Positions 1 to 536 of a DNA stretch of 536 nt are shown here, piece by piece. The stretch's first letter is position 1; every line of letters starts with the position of its first letter. A program made the translations under genes and the position numbers. Source of the DNA: Escherichia coli (GTDB lineage: Bacteria > Pseudomonadota > Gammaproteobacteria > Enterobacterales > Enterobacteriaceae); the NCBI RefSeq assembly GCF_003334335.1, contig NZ_QOWQ01000172.1. One strand, 5' to 3'. The notes under the pieces were generated by a model. It had not been told where the DNA came from and made no database searches. It saw nothing but the letters and a program-made list of their open reading frames with translations.

Positions 1-530
1 TTTTTTGCCCAGCGATGGATGCTGCCGTCAATGTTTCCGGCATCCACATCACCAGGCCAGAGAGCGTAGGCCAGTTCGTCATCCAGTGTTTTCCATGTCT
101 GCTTGTATTCGCGATGAATGGCAGCAATGACCGGGCTGATTTTTCCTGTTGAATTTTCAGTGTACTGTTGATTGGCTCTGGCGCGGGCGAGATCAACAAC
201 AGACGTGTATTTTCCGGTTTCCTTGCGTTCACCTTCGCGACGTTTTTTCCAGATGCGCATCTCTGCCTGAATTTCGGGCCATTTAGCACCAGGAATACAT
301 TTATGCTTAACCCACCCAATGGCGTGCAACTTAAGCTCCGGATACATGGCGTTAACTTCTGGCATTTTCATCAACGCTTCAACGATATGTCCGTCGAATG
401 TTGCCATGTCTTCCTGCAACAATTCCTGTGCGCTAATAACCATATCAACGGTGATGTTTTCACATGTGTCGAACTTAACCATGACAGCGTTCTGTACTTC
501 AGGGGCCAGCTTGTCAAAAGTGACGTTCAT
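1..530 (-). CDS. Hypothetical protein, function unknown; partial CDS (start codon in window, 3' end beyond window position 1)
   Basis: Reverse-complement translation from the ATG at forward 530-528 gives 176 sense codons with no stop: MNVTFDKLAPEVQNAVMVKFDTCENITVDMVISAQELLQEDMATFDGHIVEALMKMPEVNAMYPELKLHAIGWVKHKCIPGAKWPEIQAEMRIWKKRREGERKETGKYTSVVDLARARANQQYTENSTGKISPVIAAIHREYKQTWKTLDDELAYALWPGDVDAGNIDGSIHRWAK, plus a partial codon. All three plus-strand frames hit stops within the first ~150 nt (e.g. TAG at 64-66, TGA in the other two frames). A 176-codon open frame is unlikely by chance, roughly (61/64)^176, well below 1 in 1000. Codon choice (ctg, gaa, aaa, gcc, atc frequent) fits an enterobacterial coding region. 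The ribosome-binding site would lie beyond position 536 and cannot be seen, so the start is provisional. Confidence 0.8.
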   Translation of the reverse strand, partial: MNVTFDKLAPEVQNAVMVKFDTCENITVDMVISAQELLQEDMATFDGHIVEALMKMPEVNAMYPELKLHAIGWVKHKCIPGAKWPEIQAEMRIWKKRREGERKETGKYTSVVDLARARANQQYTENSTGKISPVIAAIHREYKQTWKTLDDELAYALWPGDVDAGNIDGSIHRWAK

Positions 531-536
531 CGGATC

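Noticed and set aside
1-6. T6 run at the window start as the U-tract of a plus-strand intrinsic terminator
   Set aside because: Any hairpin would lie upstream of position 1 and is not visible. The run lies inside the minus-strand ORF, where it simply encodes Lys.
176-192. GC-rich stretch (ctctggcgcgggcgagatc) as a possible hairpin or regulatory element
   Set aside because: There is no matching inverted-repeat arm or adjacent T-tract; it encodes the Ala/Arg-rich segment LARARA of the ORF.
243-248. T6 run on the plus strand (A6 in the coding strand, codons AAA AAA for K95-K96) as a possible slippery site for programmed frameshifting or transcriptional slippage
   Set aside because: The in-frame context (tgG AAA AAA Cgt) does not form a canonical X XXY YYZ heptamer, there is no obvious downstream stimulatory structure, and lysine pairs commonly produce such runs.
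411-440. Plus-strand promoter-like hexamers (ttcctg ... taataa)
   Set aside because: Both hexamers match the sigma70 consensus poorly (about 3 of 6 each), the spacing is 18 bp, and the site is antisense inside a coding region. This is indistinguishable from chance.
1-536. Plus-strand coding potential, CRISPR repeats, tRNA/ncRNA, or transposon terminal inverted repeats
   Set aside because: Plus-strand frames are interrupted by stops, and no direct or inverted repeats longer than short chance matches (e.g. cttaacc at 306-312 and 474-480) were found.

Overview
The whole 536-bp window is taken up by one uninterrupted open reading frame on the minus strand (forward 530 down to 1, 176 complete codons, no stop inside the window). 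It begins at an ATG at forward 530-528 and runs off the window edge at position 1, so the 3' end and stop codon are not visible. Only 6 nt lie upstream of that ATG and they are also in-frame without a stop, so the true start could be further upstream. I do not recognise the encoded protein as any family I can name with confidence, so it is called hypothetical. GC content counted by hand is about 48% (258/536), with enterobacterial-style codon usage. No RNA genes, CRISPR repeats, mobile-element ends or convincing regulatory sites are visible, and the plus strand has only short stop-interrupted frames. A 536-bp fragment of one gene cannot by itself establish a multi-gene 'system'; the findings below are sequence-level observations about this single ORF and need database and structural checks.
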